Positions 1-13,000 of a stretch of 64,000 nt of DNA are shown here, in pieces. The notes under the pieces were generated by a model. It was not told where the DNA came from. It made no database searches and worked only from the letters and a program-made list of their open reading frames with translations. The stretch comes from Puccinia triticina. Taxonomy: Eukaryota. Position numbers and translations under genes: made by a program. Each line of letters begins with the position of its first letter. Within the stretch, counting starts at the first letter, position 1. The DNA is taken from contig CP110440.1 of the NCBI GenBank assembly GCA_026914245.1, positions 868,001 through 932,000 of the forward strand, read 5' to 3'.

Positions 1-607
1 TAATTCTGTAGCGTAGTAGTTGGCTGCTAATGATTTTGGCTGTTAGTTTTAGCTGTAATACAAAGCCGCTAAATCACGCTAACGCTAAATTACAGCTAAT
101 TAGCTACCCATTACAGCTAAATTAGCTGTAATTTGCAGCTAAAATTACACTTTTTTCTCAAATATCTGTTAGCTTTAAATGTAATAGATTTTAAGCTACA
201 ATCTAGCGTAGCGTAGCGGCCTCAAAAACCGCTAAGTTAGCGCTAATTACGCTAAACGTAATTTAATAGTTGCATCCTTGGTTCCAACAGTGGGCCACTA
301 TACTACTTTTGGTACCCAGTTTAGCATACTTTAGCAGAGCTAAACTACCACCAATGTGGTTTTCCATTAGCGGTCAGTGATTTCCGGCTACCACTAACTG
401 GCTCCCCTGAAAACCACAGGGCCCCTATCGGCGCTATCGACGCTAGCAGTGCTAATTAACCGCTAAAAACGGATAGTGCTCTTAGCACCTGTCAGTGTAG
501 CGTTGTGGCCCCGTAGCGGCGCTGCTACTAACGGCATTGTGCCAGGAACTATGCAATACTCAAATAGCGGATAGCGCATGCTACTGTTACTTAGCGGCCC
601 AGTGCTG
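1..607. mobile_element. Probable right end of a non-autonomous DNA transposon rich in GCTA/TAGC motifs
   Basis: Dense GCTAA/TAGCG motifs end abruptly at ...CTTAGCGGCCCAGTGCTG (reverse complement CAGCACTGGGCC, a hAT-like terminus). The other end is outside the window. Confidence 0.35.
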
Positions 608-886
608 GGGGAACGGCTGTTGAGACAGAAAAGCGCTTGGGAGTCATATTCATATGCATATCCAGGCTCGAACTTAACGCAAGCCCCCACCTGCGCAAGG
701 TGGGGCCCGCCTCCCGAAGGAGAGTCCCGCGGGGATGCGGGGTCCCTGCGGGACCCCCTCGAGAGGTCTTGTTAAGCTCGAGCTGCTCGATCAGCCCTCA
801 CCAAAGTTTCCAACACCCTCACCAGCCGTTTCGGTGGATTAGGCAGCAAAGAGACTTGAACCGACTTACTTATATTTTGCTAGAGT

Positions 887-2228
887 ATGCAACGGACAAC
901 AAGAATCGGACTGCTCCAACTTGAGCCAACCTTCAAACAACCTGAGCTATCAATCCGACAAGCCGACAATCTCATCTCCTCGTAGGCACCATCCTCATGT
1001 TCTTGTTGTAAACAAAGCCTGATACATGCATTGCTTTGCTTAAGAATAGAACCTGACGAAATCGATTTGCTCATCCTTCCAGAGATGGCCTTCACCGGTT
1101 AGCACCAATATCACATATTTCATCGGCAGACGCTCCTGAGAAAGTCTAATTACTTCCTGTATATCTTTACAAGGCTACAGTTTTCTCTCTTTTGAGGATC
1201 TCGAGCCGTTTATCGAGTCGGAGATTGATGGCATATCAATAACGTGGGCTAAAAAGACAGGTTAGGGTCATTCGATGATCTGAAACTCTCTACAGATGAG
1301 CAGCTGACCAAGGAAATAATTGGTCTTGAAACTCGGATTGATCAGCTCTAAAACTCAACTGCCATGTAATGATTGGCTTCCCTCAACGAATTTCAGAGCC
1401 AGGAGTGAGGCAGATTTACAATGCCTTGGGAATAGTTTCCGATCAGGGTGAGTTGATAAAGGTTTATCACAAGACTCAACTTTATCCCCCAGTCGACGAC
1501 ATCTGGGCTAGGCCCGGCGAAGGATTCTTAGTCATCGACCTGAACGTTGCAAGATTGAACGGCAAGCCTGGTAACCCGGTCAGATGTTGCATTGGGATTT
1601 GTATGGATGTTGAGTTTTCCATTCCTTCATCCCCATCTCACAAAAATCTATAAGTCTGATTTGTACGTTATCCTTACCATGATCAATGTACTTCATTTCC
1701 ATTCAAAACAACAGTTAAGTCCCGATCGATTTGAAGCCCCATTTGACGCATACGAGCTCAGTAACTTTGCAGTCAATCATAATGCCGAGATGATGATATG
1801 CTCCATGGCGTGGCTATCCTCAAGTCCGGTACCTGATCCTCATCATACTGAAACTGGTAGGAGTTGGGAGGAAACCGGGGACACAATGAATTACTGGGCA
1901 ATGCGTTGTGCACCTTTTTGGAAATTGAAAAATAGAACGTTCGTTACTTGCAATCGTGTCGGACAAGAACGCGGTGAGCAGATTATTCTTCCATTTTATA
2001 TCACTCATCCTTTGATTGACGTACCGATTAGTCATTCTAACCTTTTTTTTTGATTTCCTTCCTTTCATTGCATGACCAGACACAATCTTTACCGGTACTT
2101 CTTGCGCGATTTCAAATTCACCAATCTTAAAAAAGTCTTGTGCGGATCACACCCTGACCGTAATAGGTTATGCTAGTAAACACAATGCTCAACTATTGAT
2201 TGTGAACATACCCCTGCCTGAAATTTAG
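887..2228 (+). CDS. NTA1: Protein N-terminal Asn/Gln amidase, carbon-nitrogen hydrolase family; multi-exon, apparently intact
   Basis: Exons read MQRTTRIGLLQLEP, DLLILPEMAFTG, YHKTQLY, IGICMD, FEAPFDAYELSNF, TCNRVGQE. The Glu-Lys-Cys nitrilase triad is present, introns are GT-AG, and the stop is TAG at 2226-2228. Confidence 0.85.
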
Positions 2229-2647
2229 ACTTAGCTATGTGTAACATTTTGTTGTTTACGAGTGACCTGATGAGCATGTATGGGTAACATGAATTGTTTC
2301 TTCTGATCTCTTTTGTTGATCATTTGCAATGAATAAGCGAGTCCCCAAATATATAGCAGGTTTTTCCGCGAGCAATGTGAAGTTTGAAGTTGACAAAATT
2401 TGTTTTCCATTTTGTCTTATCTGCTAAAGTAAAAATCATCACTGTCCATTGATCAATAAGACTGCCAATTGGGCTCGCGGCCCGCCCGGGTCTGAGCGCC
2501 AGTATTCTGCCGCCTATGCCCAACCTTGGGGGTCGATGTTCAAGGTTATGGCATGTGGGGGGCTTGTCACCATGCCACCCATTCTGGCGTCGTCAGACAG
2601 CTCTGGTCGTGTGGATGATCTGCTTGCTGTCATTGGCACTACTATTA

Positions 2648-2840
2648 GGGGGGTTCACGTTGCAAAAAAAGCAATGCTGATTTTGTCTGCTCATGCACCT
2701 GTGAGTAAGGTTTATGCCTTGCAGATTGCTTCCAAAGGGGAGCTGCCCAGCCAAACCTTTTTGCTTTCTCACGATTTTCAAAAGCTGCATCTGCTGGTTT
2801 TGGTTGCTGATTTGCGAAATCAGCCTTACGTGAATCCCCC
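2648..2840. mobile_element. MITE of about 193 bp, copy 1
   Basis: TIRs GGGGGGTTCACGT / ACGTGAATCCCCC flanked by TA; an inverted second copy lies at 3560-6824. Confidence 0.75.
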
Positions 2841-3710
2841 TATTACACCGGCCATCCGACTGGCTCTTTGGCAGACATCGTGCGCCCCGCCATCATGTCG
2901 TCAACCACTGGTGGGTCATGAAACCGAGTCCCGAGTACGAGAAATCTCTGTCCTCTTGACGGCGAAACGCGCCCCCCGTGTATCTTCCTCTCTGTTTGTT
3001 TTGCAATCTATGACCGAGATTGGAGACCGGGATTTGTCAGAGCCGATAGCTGACCCGCGACGGGACTGTATCGACCAGATCCTATTTGCCTTACCCCATA
3101 CGGCATCTTATAATGATGGCTGCTGCCTCCTAACCACACATCTGGGTTCAGGAGGTCATCCAACCACAGCCGGAAGAATGATCATCGAACGGAGCTGTGT
3201 GCCGCAGAAACCTCATGATTAAACCGGCGATTTCGCGGTACCTCAGATTCCATAGCTTTAAAAGCCAAAGTCCAAGCTTTTGTGAACACACATTGTGTTC
3301 AAGCTCAGGAAGGCACGCAGCTGCTTTTGTCAATCTTGCTGTGAGATGGTCAGTGAGCTGGCCAACCGATTTCTGAGGAGCAAGTCTTTGGGCAAGTGAA
3401 TGCAGAGCTTGCTGGGAGCTCGAAAGTCTCAATCGGCCCGCTGTCCTGGGGCACATATTCACAATTGTCTATGAGCTGACATGTTTGCAGTATATTCAGG
3501 TATCCAAGTGATTTGTGGAGGCTATGTCATCAGATCCCAAGGGACTACGAGAAGACATTGGGAGGTTCACGTAAGGCAGATTTTGCAAATCAGCCACCAA
3601 AACCAGCAGATGCAGCTTTTGAAAATCCTGAGAAAGCAAAAAGGTTTGGCTGGGCAGCTCCCCTTTGGAAGCAATCTGCAAGGCATAAGCCTTACTCACA
3701 GGTGCATGAG

Positions 3711-6700
3711 TAGGGATGAAAGTGGGTCGGGTCGACCCGGCGGGTACCCGGCCCGTGTCGGGTCTGGGGCCGGGTTCGGGTCGACCTTTGTCACAAAAAC
3801 CCATTTTCGACCCGACCCGCCTCAGACCCGCCAGATTTTTGGGTCGGGTTCGGGCAGCCATTTTGGCTGTTGGTTCGACCCGCCGACCCGTTTACAGACC
3901 CGCGCAGCAGGCGGGTACCCATGTAAAACACGTGGCCCCGCGCTCCCAGACTACATCAATTGCGCGGCCGGCGCTCCCACTGGGCCACCAATCATAGTTT
4001 GCGGGGCCGTGGCCCGTCAGCACTGAATATATGTACATATACTCAGGCTGCCGCTCTCAGCTACCGGCCCGTTACCCACGACTTCACCATGGCCAGGACC
4101 CGCTCTCAACAAGTACGCCCCCTCAAGCGCAAGAAGCACGTCCCCTCCTCAACCAAAGACAATACCGGGGCAACTAACAACGCCAAGGGCTCTATTGATC
4201 AAGACCACCAGTCACCTGCGGAAAGTGAGGCCGAAGACGACATCCAAGTCCTGGACCCCAGTCAGCCCCGTGAATCCCAAGAAAAAGCTCCCCGCTTGGC
4301 AAACAAAGCTTCCCAAACCGGAGAAAAAAGTTCGTCTCAAGGCCAAAAACCGCGTAAAACCACGAGCGAGATATGGAACCACTTCAAACCCAGTGGGGAA
4401 GGTTGGTTGTTACTTTCTCTATTCTCTGAATCAAAAATATTCTAATGTTTATTTATTTTTATTTTGTTTGAATGTTGAAACAGGTGAAGAGAAAAGAGGA
4501 CAATGTCGGTACTGCCAGCAAACTTTATCTGCCAAAAGCTCGTGCGGAACGAAACACCTTTGGCGACACCTCAAACGATGCACCTCTTATTGATCACGAA
4601 GCAGGCAGACTATGCTGCAAATCTCGAAGAATTCGACACCGGCCAATTGGGTGTTTTCTCAGCAGAAGTCCCGCGATCTTCTTGCGAAGATGGTCGTTAC
4701 TGACAAACGTTTGTTCAAGTCGGTCGAGAGTAAGCTGTTCAGGGAATTTGTGGCGAGCTTACAACCTCAGTTCAAACTCTATAGTCGAATAACCGTCAAG
4801 AAAGACATCTTGGAGATGTATCACTCAACCAAAGCCGATATTGCCCTTGAGATCGTCGAAGCGAATCAAATCGCCTTAACAACTGACCTCTGGATGACTT
4901 CAAATCAAACCCCCTACATGGTGATCTCAGCGCATTTCCTCTCGTCCGACTGGACTCTGAAAAAGCGACTCATCTCGTTCAAGGAACTTCCGCCACCTCA
5001 CACCGGATTGCTAATCGCTGAGCAGCTCTTCTCAGCGATTGTTGAATGGAAAGCTATCGACAAAGTCTCTTTTATTACTGTCGATAACGCCGCTGCAAAC
5101 GATGTTGCCGTGGCTCGAGTCAAACAGTTACTTCAAGACAAAAGTCAATCCCCACCGATAATGGAAGGGAAGTTCTTCCATGTGCGATGCGCCACACACA
5201 TCATCAACCTGATTGTCAAAGATGGTTTGCATCAGCTCTCTCCCGCCATCAGCAAGATCCGAGACTCTGTCCGATATATCAGAAGTACCCCCTCCCGAAA
5301 GCGACAATTCAAAGAGGCTCTTGAGTTGACAAATATTGGAAATCTAGCCCAGCCAGTACTCAATGTGCCAACGCGCTGGAACTCGACATTTCATATGCTC
5401 AATTCGTCTATACCGTACCGAGAGGCCTTTGAGAATCTAGCCCTGCAAGATGCGAACTATAACAACTGTCCTGCTGCCGAAGAGTGGGAGGAGATCACGG
5501 CAATGAAAGATTTTCTTTCAATATTCAACACTGGTTAGTTGACATATTCATTTTATTTACTCTATCCATTTGAATAATGTACTCATTTTCAATTGTTTAT
5601 TCTCAAACCCGCAGCAACATTGAAGCTGTGCATGACTCATTGTCCAACAGCCCACATGCTTTATGTGAATATAGTTAGAATAAAAAAGAAGCTGAACGAT
5701 GTTCTTCAATCCGGACCGACTGAACTTTGCGATCTAGTGGAACCGATGCAAGAAAAGTACGACAAATATTGGAAAAACCCTGAAGAGTCGGCCACAATCT
5801 TCCTCGTCTTCGATCCGCGATACAAGCTTTCGCTCATCGAGTTTCTGCTCCTCGAAAACTGTGATTCGGACACAGACAAATGTGAAGTTCCGAAAAAAAT
5901 CGATGGCATAACAAAACGACTCTACGCCTTGTTCAACGAGTTCGCCTCCAACGCAAAACCAAAATCAAACACTTTGAATGCCTCTCAAGGCTCTCAATCG
6001 ATCAACAATAGTACAACTTTAGATTCTAAAAATACGTTTGAAGACATCGAGGAAAGTCGCTTCAAGGAGTACCTTGCAAGCAAGATGACAAAGACTGTAC
6101 CAACAGTCACGGCTACGGCAGAACTTGATCTCTATCTGCAAGAAGGCACGGTTGCCGTCGATACTCCGTCGTTCGATATCCTCGATTGGTGGAAAACAAA
6201 CGCAGTCCGATTCCCAACCCTTTCAAAACTGGCGAGGTACTTCTTAATAGCACCGATGACATCAATAGCATCCGAGTCAGCCTTCTCAACTGGGGGAAGA
6301 GTGCTCAGCCCCTCTAGAAATCGGCTGAATCCCGAAACACTCGAAGCCCTTGTCTGCGGGCAAGATTGGATTAGAACCAACAAGGGCCTCTCTGACCAAC
6401 AGCCCGAAGAATCTGAGCTTGACTCCGACTGATATAGTATAAGTTCTGATGTTTTTTTATCCAACCTCTTTCACATTCATTGAAAAAATATCGATATTGT
6501 GTTATATATACAGAATTACATTGAATAAATAAGACAGAATTACTAAATAAGAATGAGATTGATTGAATGATTTCCATGAGCTGTTGGCATGGAAATAAGC
6601 CATAAATATGGCTTGACCCGACCCGCCCCGACCCAGACCCGACTTCATCACAAGCAGGGTTGGGTTCGGGCAGTGCTAACCTGAATCCGACCCAACCCGC

Positions 6701-6774
6701 CCCGACCCGCAATTATACCCGGGTCGGGTTTGGGCACTGTTTTCCGACCCAAACCCGACCCGGTTTCATCCCTA
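3711..6774 (+). mobile_element. hAT (Ac-like) DNA transposon
   Basis: 11-bp TIR TAGGGATGAAA at both ends; 8-bp TSD TGCATGAG (3703-3710 and 6775-6782); GGGTCG/CGACCC subterminal repeats. Confidence 0.95.
4089..6432 (+). pseudogene. hAT transposase with two introns and an in-frame stop at 4591
   Basis: BED finger (EIWNHF...CRYC...HLWRH), LTTDLW, ITVDNA, RCATHIINL, PTRWNST, WWK...SIASESAFSTGGR. TGA at 4591-4593 is in frame with the 4612 ORF. Confidence 0.9.
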
Positions 6775-8855
6775 TGCATGAGCAGACGAAATCAGCATTG
6801 CTTTTTTTGCAACGTGAACCCCCCTATTTGGGTACTCTAAATCGAGTTGAGGGAACCTATAAATTGTCTCTGCTGAACCGCAAGTCTTGACCCCTGTAAA
6901 TATACTGAAGAAGCTTTCCATTGCGCCCATGGCACACCCACAGATCACTTTGAGCTTCCCACCTCATCTCAAGATTGAGACAGTCACCTTAGAGGTGTGC
7001 AGCAAGAGTTTCTCAACTGCCCCAGTTTCACCCTGCGGGAATGCTAATGGTCGTTTATTGTCCTGTAGACTGGTTTATTTATCAACAACCAATTCGTCGA
7101 GTCAGCGAGTAAGGGTACCTTGTCAGTTATGACGCTGCTCACTAGACTTTGTGTTGCATGAGAGGAAGGCGACCTGATCCAACTGATGGCCTGTTTGTTT
7201 TGATTCTGGGATCAATCTAGCGAGACACTTAACCCGACCAATGGCAAGGTAATTGGATCAGTCTCAGAAGCAAAATCCGAAGATGTCGATATCGCCGTCA
7301 AAGCCGCCTCAGAGGCATATGATCAAGTCTGGGGTTTTGAAACCCCAGGCGCATCGAGAGGTACAATGCTAATGCAGTTGGCCGACAAGATCGAGGCTAA
7401 CTTGGGCACTTTCGTGGTATTGATTTTTCCCCGCTCCTCTTCGTTGGAGCATGCCTTTCACGTACAATTTACTCAACTGATCTTTACATCTTCTTGTTTT
7501 TGTCTTTCCATCCCTCAAATCGAAATGAAAAATATGACGATTAACCACTTAGGCAATGGAAGCTATGGATAACGGCAAGGCTTTCACGATAGCTAAAGGC
7601 TTTGAAATTCCGGCACCAGCCGCGTGCCTCAGATACGTGCGTGACTTCAGAACTCAAAATTATGACCAGTAGCAGAAGTGTTGTGATAGAAGAAAAAAAC
7701 CTTGGCTTTTACCATTCTTTTTTGTTTGTTATTTCTATGTATCAGTATGGCGGATGGGCGGATAAGAATACCGGCCAGACAATCGAGGTCAATGAGTCCA
7801 AGATGGCTTTCACCATGCACGAGCCAATTGGCGTGGTCGGGCAAATTATTCCTTGGTTAGAGCACTCAGTCTCCGCTCAATCCCACGAAAAGTTTGCGGT
7901 CAAACTATCTTTGATACTTTTTTTTCTCCTGATATGTGCGCCACTTCTTGCTCATCCAGGAATTTCCCGTGCGTAAAGTTTGGGGTCATTGCAGGAAAAT
8001 TTGTTTAGACCAAACTCATTTTCGTCTCGGAATTTTCCGCGAAAGACTTCTCATGTTGTCTTGGAAGATAGCCCCAGCACTAGCGACTGGAAACACGATA
8101 GTTTTGAAGCCGGCTGAACAAACACCATTGACAGCCCTATATCTATGCCGATTCATCAAAGAGATCTTTCCGCCCGGGGTGCTCAACATTCTTCCCGGTT
8201 TCGGGAGTGGAGCCGGGCAGCCTATGGCCGAACATCCCTTGATTGAGAAGATCGCGTTTACCGGTTCGACCGCTGTCGGCAAACAGATCCTCGCCCAATC
8301 CGGCCAGAGCAATCTCAAAAAAGTCACGCTTGAACTTGGTGGCAAATCACCTAACATGTAAATAATCCCTCATTTTTCATCCCTTTGATTTTTTTTCAGG
8401 AAGCGAAAAAGGACATACAATTGACGGATATTTACTCATACAAATCTTCTTCAACCGACAACTCTTCATAATGGCAAAGTGTCTTTGATGATGCAGATTT
8501 TGATCAAGCCGTCAAATGGGCTCAGTTTGGGTTATTTTTCAACCATGGAGTTGGTTTTTGCTCATTCCTTTCTCTTGAGGGTCACCTTCCCCGAAATCAA
8601 AAATTCAACTGAATGGATTGTTTTCAGCAATGTTGTTCTGCCGGGTCAAGAGTGTATGTCCAGGAGGCCATCTATGATGTTAGTCCATTTTGTTGACACA
8701 AAAATCACGGAATCTGGGCAGATTCAATCTTGTAAGGCTGACCGCATATATTTTTTTTCTTTCTCAGAAATTTGTCGCTGCTTTGAAAGAGAATCTCAAG
8801 AGCATTAAGGTTGGCGATCTGTTTGATTTCAGCACCTTTCAAGGTCCACAAGTTG

Positions 8856-10015
8856 TGTCAGGCGCGGTGATGCCAAGAGTACTTGTACTCCTCTAGCTAC
8901 ACCGGTGACTGTGCACGGTGCGGTGGAGCGCGCAGCAAATGCGCGGTAAAAGTACGAAATAACCGGGATAAGTTATTTCTAATGAACCCAAAAAAGGGGT
9001 TAACGGAGGGGCCAGGAGCGCCTGGGGTGTTTAAGTGCCCTCCGCAGTTCTTACAGGGTCTGCGCACAGGTGCGCAGAGGTGTTTAGAGGCCTGTGACTT
9101 CTGGGGCCCTGTGAACGGGGGTGTTTGTACGTCGAAACGCACCCAGGATAGGGTTTTGGGATAAAATCCCGGCAGAAAAGGGGAAAAAACGCAGACTTAC
9201 TCTCAGCGAGGGTCTGTGGCAAAAAAAGACGACCGATTCACAAAACCGAGATCGAGGCGAGGGCAGGCCGGCGGACAAGTCAATTAGACTAGGGCGGGAC
9301 TGACAAGGCGAAGATATGGTTATAGGATTCTCTGAGGGGCCTTTACTCGCTCAAAGGTCCCTGGTTATATACTCGAGCTACAACCGGTGGGGTTGTAGCT
9401 TTTTAGTGTTCTCTCCTTGACTTTTCGGCCGGAGGGATAGTGCGTGGGCAGGAGCGTTTTTGAATTCTACTTATTCACATCGCTCCTGTCAGACATCTTC
9501 GGTGCTGTAGTTCCCTCTTCCTCGATCCGAGGGAGGGTAGTAGTTCACCAAGTCTTCTCTTGACTATTCGTCTACGGCCGGGGGAGGATAAGTAGTTTAT
9601 TTTACTGCTACGCTCCTCCGGCCGTTTCCAATCGATCTTTGTGTTGTCACTCTCCTAGTTCAATAGAACTGGAGAATGTCTTGCAACCCGTTCTCTTAGC
9701 TTGAGAGCGGGTTCTTAACCAATTCATTGTCCGTTCTCCTGCCGTTTCCTTGGGCTGAAGATCTACTATTCGCCTCTTGACTCGGTCTAGGGTTTGAGGG
9801 AAGCTATATTTGCCTAGTTTTTATGTACGGCGCTCTGCACCGCAAGTACTATTCAATAATGAATATCTTTTTTGACCTTGTGCGCGGCGCTCTGCGCCGC
9901 TACTACTAGTAAAAGAATGTATTTTATATCTTATCTTTAGCGGCCCTTTGCGCCGCTACTTCATATACTAGAATAGTTAGCTGGGCTCTAACTTATTATA
10001 GTAGCCCGGCTGACA
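8856..10015. mobile_element. Solo LTR, 1160 bp
   Basis: TGTCAG...CTGACA termini; 5-bp TSD AGTTG (8851-8855 and 10016-10020); no coding domains. Confidence 0.9.
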
Positions 10016-10099
10016 AGTTGAGTCCTTTCTATTTTTTGATCCTCTTGATGATGTGCGGAGTGCGATTGACGACTTGTTATACATTCCACTGTTGCATAT

Positions 10100-13000
10100 G
10101 GGGTGGGTGATTTTTACATTGCATGACTTTACATTGACCCCCCCATGTAACACGTGGTGCACGTAAAAGTACATGTAACAGCCCGAGCGTGCAATTTTAC
10201 GTGCGCGGGGCCAGAAATCACCCCATGTAAAGTAACACCATGTAATCTGCAGCTTGTAAAACCGCCCCTGCACAACTGCATCGGGCAATTTCACATCCGC
10301 TCCGCGCACAAAGTGTTTACATAGGGATGCAAATCCGCAGATTCACCCAGGTACATACAAATTTACAAGGTTGTGAGACAGTGCATACGGCTCAACCTCA
10401 CCCAATTGGACATTCCACTCCTCCTACATACATGTATCTACACGCACAACCACCCTTGCCAACCCATGCGCTCACATCAACACCTCCTTTTCAATCACAT
10501 TTGTGCATGGCCGCGGATCAACAAAAACAAATCCCGACATACCAGTAAGTATTTCTCCCCTTCTCTTCCCCTTCCATCCCTCCCCATTTTGACATATTCA
10601 CTTTCCTGACAGCCTGTCCACTCTTTTTCACCCCCTCACACAATCTTTTCGAAACCACACAAGAACAATCAAACAGTCTTTTCATCGTATTCATCAGCAT
10701 CATGGCCAAGAAACAGAAGACCAAGAAATCTACGCCAGCGCCAGCAACAATCAACGGCGTCTCTGCGACTGAGTCTATCGAAGCCGTTGCGACTGAGTCT
10801 ATCGAAGCTGTCGCACTCCACGCGATACCAATCAAAGCAGCCAAAAAATCCAAGAAGAAGAACTTGGAGATACCCCACGGCATGGATCGCGACCACCAGA
10901 CTTACATTGACCACGACTGCATCCTTGATGAGCAGGGATACCCGATTTACCCCAACCGCAACACGAAGTTTGTTCTCAAACCGGGCGATGAGATCACCAA
11001 CTTTGGCTCCGTTGGGTTCTCCAAGACCATTAATGTTGATAACCGCGCAGAAGGCGCTTGGAAAGTCCGCCGCTACAGGTGCCTGGGGGTCCTCCCTTGC
11101 AACAACGATGGATGCAAGTACACCGGGCCTCCTCCAACCGGCGCAGGAAAGATCAAAGAGCTTCTTGACCAGTAAGTATTTATTCATGTCTTCCCTTCAC
11201 TCCTTCGTCATTGCAACACACTAGTGATTTTATTTATTGTATCAGACAGCTGCCGTGTGAAGGAAGCGGTGGCGAGTGCCCCGGGACTGTATACTGGAAG
11301 AAATGCAACGGAACTTGTACCCGCTTCGACACCCACAAAGAAACTGGATGGGGTCTCCTGCAACATAGTGGATACCACGATCCCCCTGGCCAACCGCGAA
11401 AAAGGCTGACCCACTTTCCCGAGCTAAATTCACCGAAGAGGTGAAGAAGAATCCAAAGGCGCGTGCCATAGAAATGAAGGTGTGTTTATTCCTTTATCCA
11501 TGTAAACTTAGAATTTACATTAACATTGGTTGTATTTGGATTTGGGCAGGTTGGTGTTCCTAACCCGGATGACGAAACTCACCCCTTTACAAGCGTAGTC
11601 AACATTCACGAGTCTTTTGGAAACTCCGATCGACTGCGCTACCTGCGCCGGGAAGTCCTGCGCGAGTTGAACCTCGGCCCTGAGAAGAAGGGTGCTGGCA
11701 TGGGTGATATGTTCATCCTGGCCATGTTTGAGTGGGACCGGTTGAGTTCCATTTTCTTATCATCTCCCACCAACCAATATTGAACCTTGTTTTTGCTTTT
11801 GCTCCCATACAGAAAAGGATTGGAAATAATCTCGTGTTTGTTCAGGGGTGGGAACAAGCATTTCACCTTCCAGACAAAGTGGATGGCAGAAAGGCTTCTT
11901 GATCAATCCGAAGAAGGCAATAAAGTATACAGCGGTGGATTGCTTTCTGATGTGACTTACCGCTTTTTTGAGAATGGCTACCTTCTTACAACCTCGATGT
12001 ATTGCAGCAAAATAAACCGTTGGATCCCGGTTCAATTGAGTTGGATTCGAGGCCTCACCGAGCGATACTACCAAACACACTTTTTGGTTCTCTTCAAACA
12101 GTTTATCTCTCCATCAATTTTGAAGGAAGAGCGGGAGCAGCTATTACGAAGTGTTGTGGATTTTTCAAGCGCTCAACGGAACGGCTTTATTGCGGCGTTC
12201 ATGGAAGTTTTCAACGTCAGCGACAAAGTCGCCATTGGTCATCTGAAGGGATGCAATCATCACTTCCAGGCCTCAGTTACACGGATAAAAAAAAATCAAG
12301 CTGTCATTATGGCGGATGAGGTTGTAAGTGCTGTTTGTGGCTTGCTTCTCAAATACCCAAATCTCATTAATCAGCCCATTGTTTGACTTGCATTCATTAG
12401 AAACCATTCGAGAAATTGTGTCACAATCTCCTTCTAACCAACTCCGAGGCGGGCCAGACTCATGAAGAAAGGATCGATGAGATTTGGCGCCGCTTTCCAA
12501 AGGTGAAGAAATGGCTGGATTGGTGGACGATGTCCAATGTCGAAGCCACTCTATTCCCAAGCCGCCGGGTGATGCTCGAGGACTCTCCTGATGGTGATGA
12601 TGGCTTGCCAAACACCACCAATGCTCAGGAGAGCATGCACCGTGTATACTACATGTTCAGGTAAGATCCCTTTCTCAAGATTCGTTAGTAGACTACAATA
12701 ATTAACAAATTCTTTCTACAGTGCCGGGAAGAAGCACCTATTCCACGGTATGATGGAACTCTATGGCTTTGTGATGGCGTTGGAGAGGGACTACCTCGCA
12801 GTCATGCGTGGGATGCCAATTGAGTACGGAACCCGGCCACGAAAGCAGATTGATGTCTCACAATCAATTGGGTGGATAAAGCCCACAAAGCGACAGCAAT
12901 CCTTTTTCAATGATGGCCGAGCCCCGATACCACTGATGAGCTCCTTTCAGAACAACCGGTCAAACGTTCAAAGGGGGGGCGTCCTCCAAATGCCCCTAAT

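Larger units (their letters stand above)
3560..6824. mobile_element. MITE copy 2 (inverted), split by a hAT insertion
   Basis: 3560-3710 joined to 6783-6824 is the reverse complement of 2648-2840 with scattered substitutions. Confidence 0.8.

Noticed and set aside
2449..3222. 257-aa ORF
   Set aside because: Runs through a MITE, has a non-ATG start and shows no recognisable motif.
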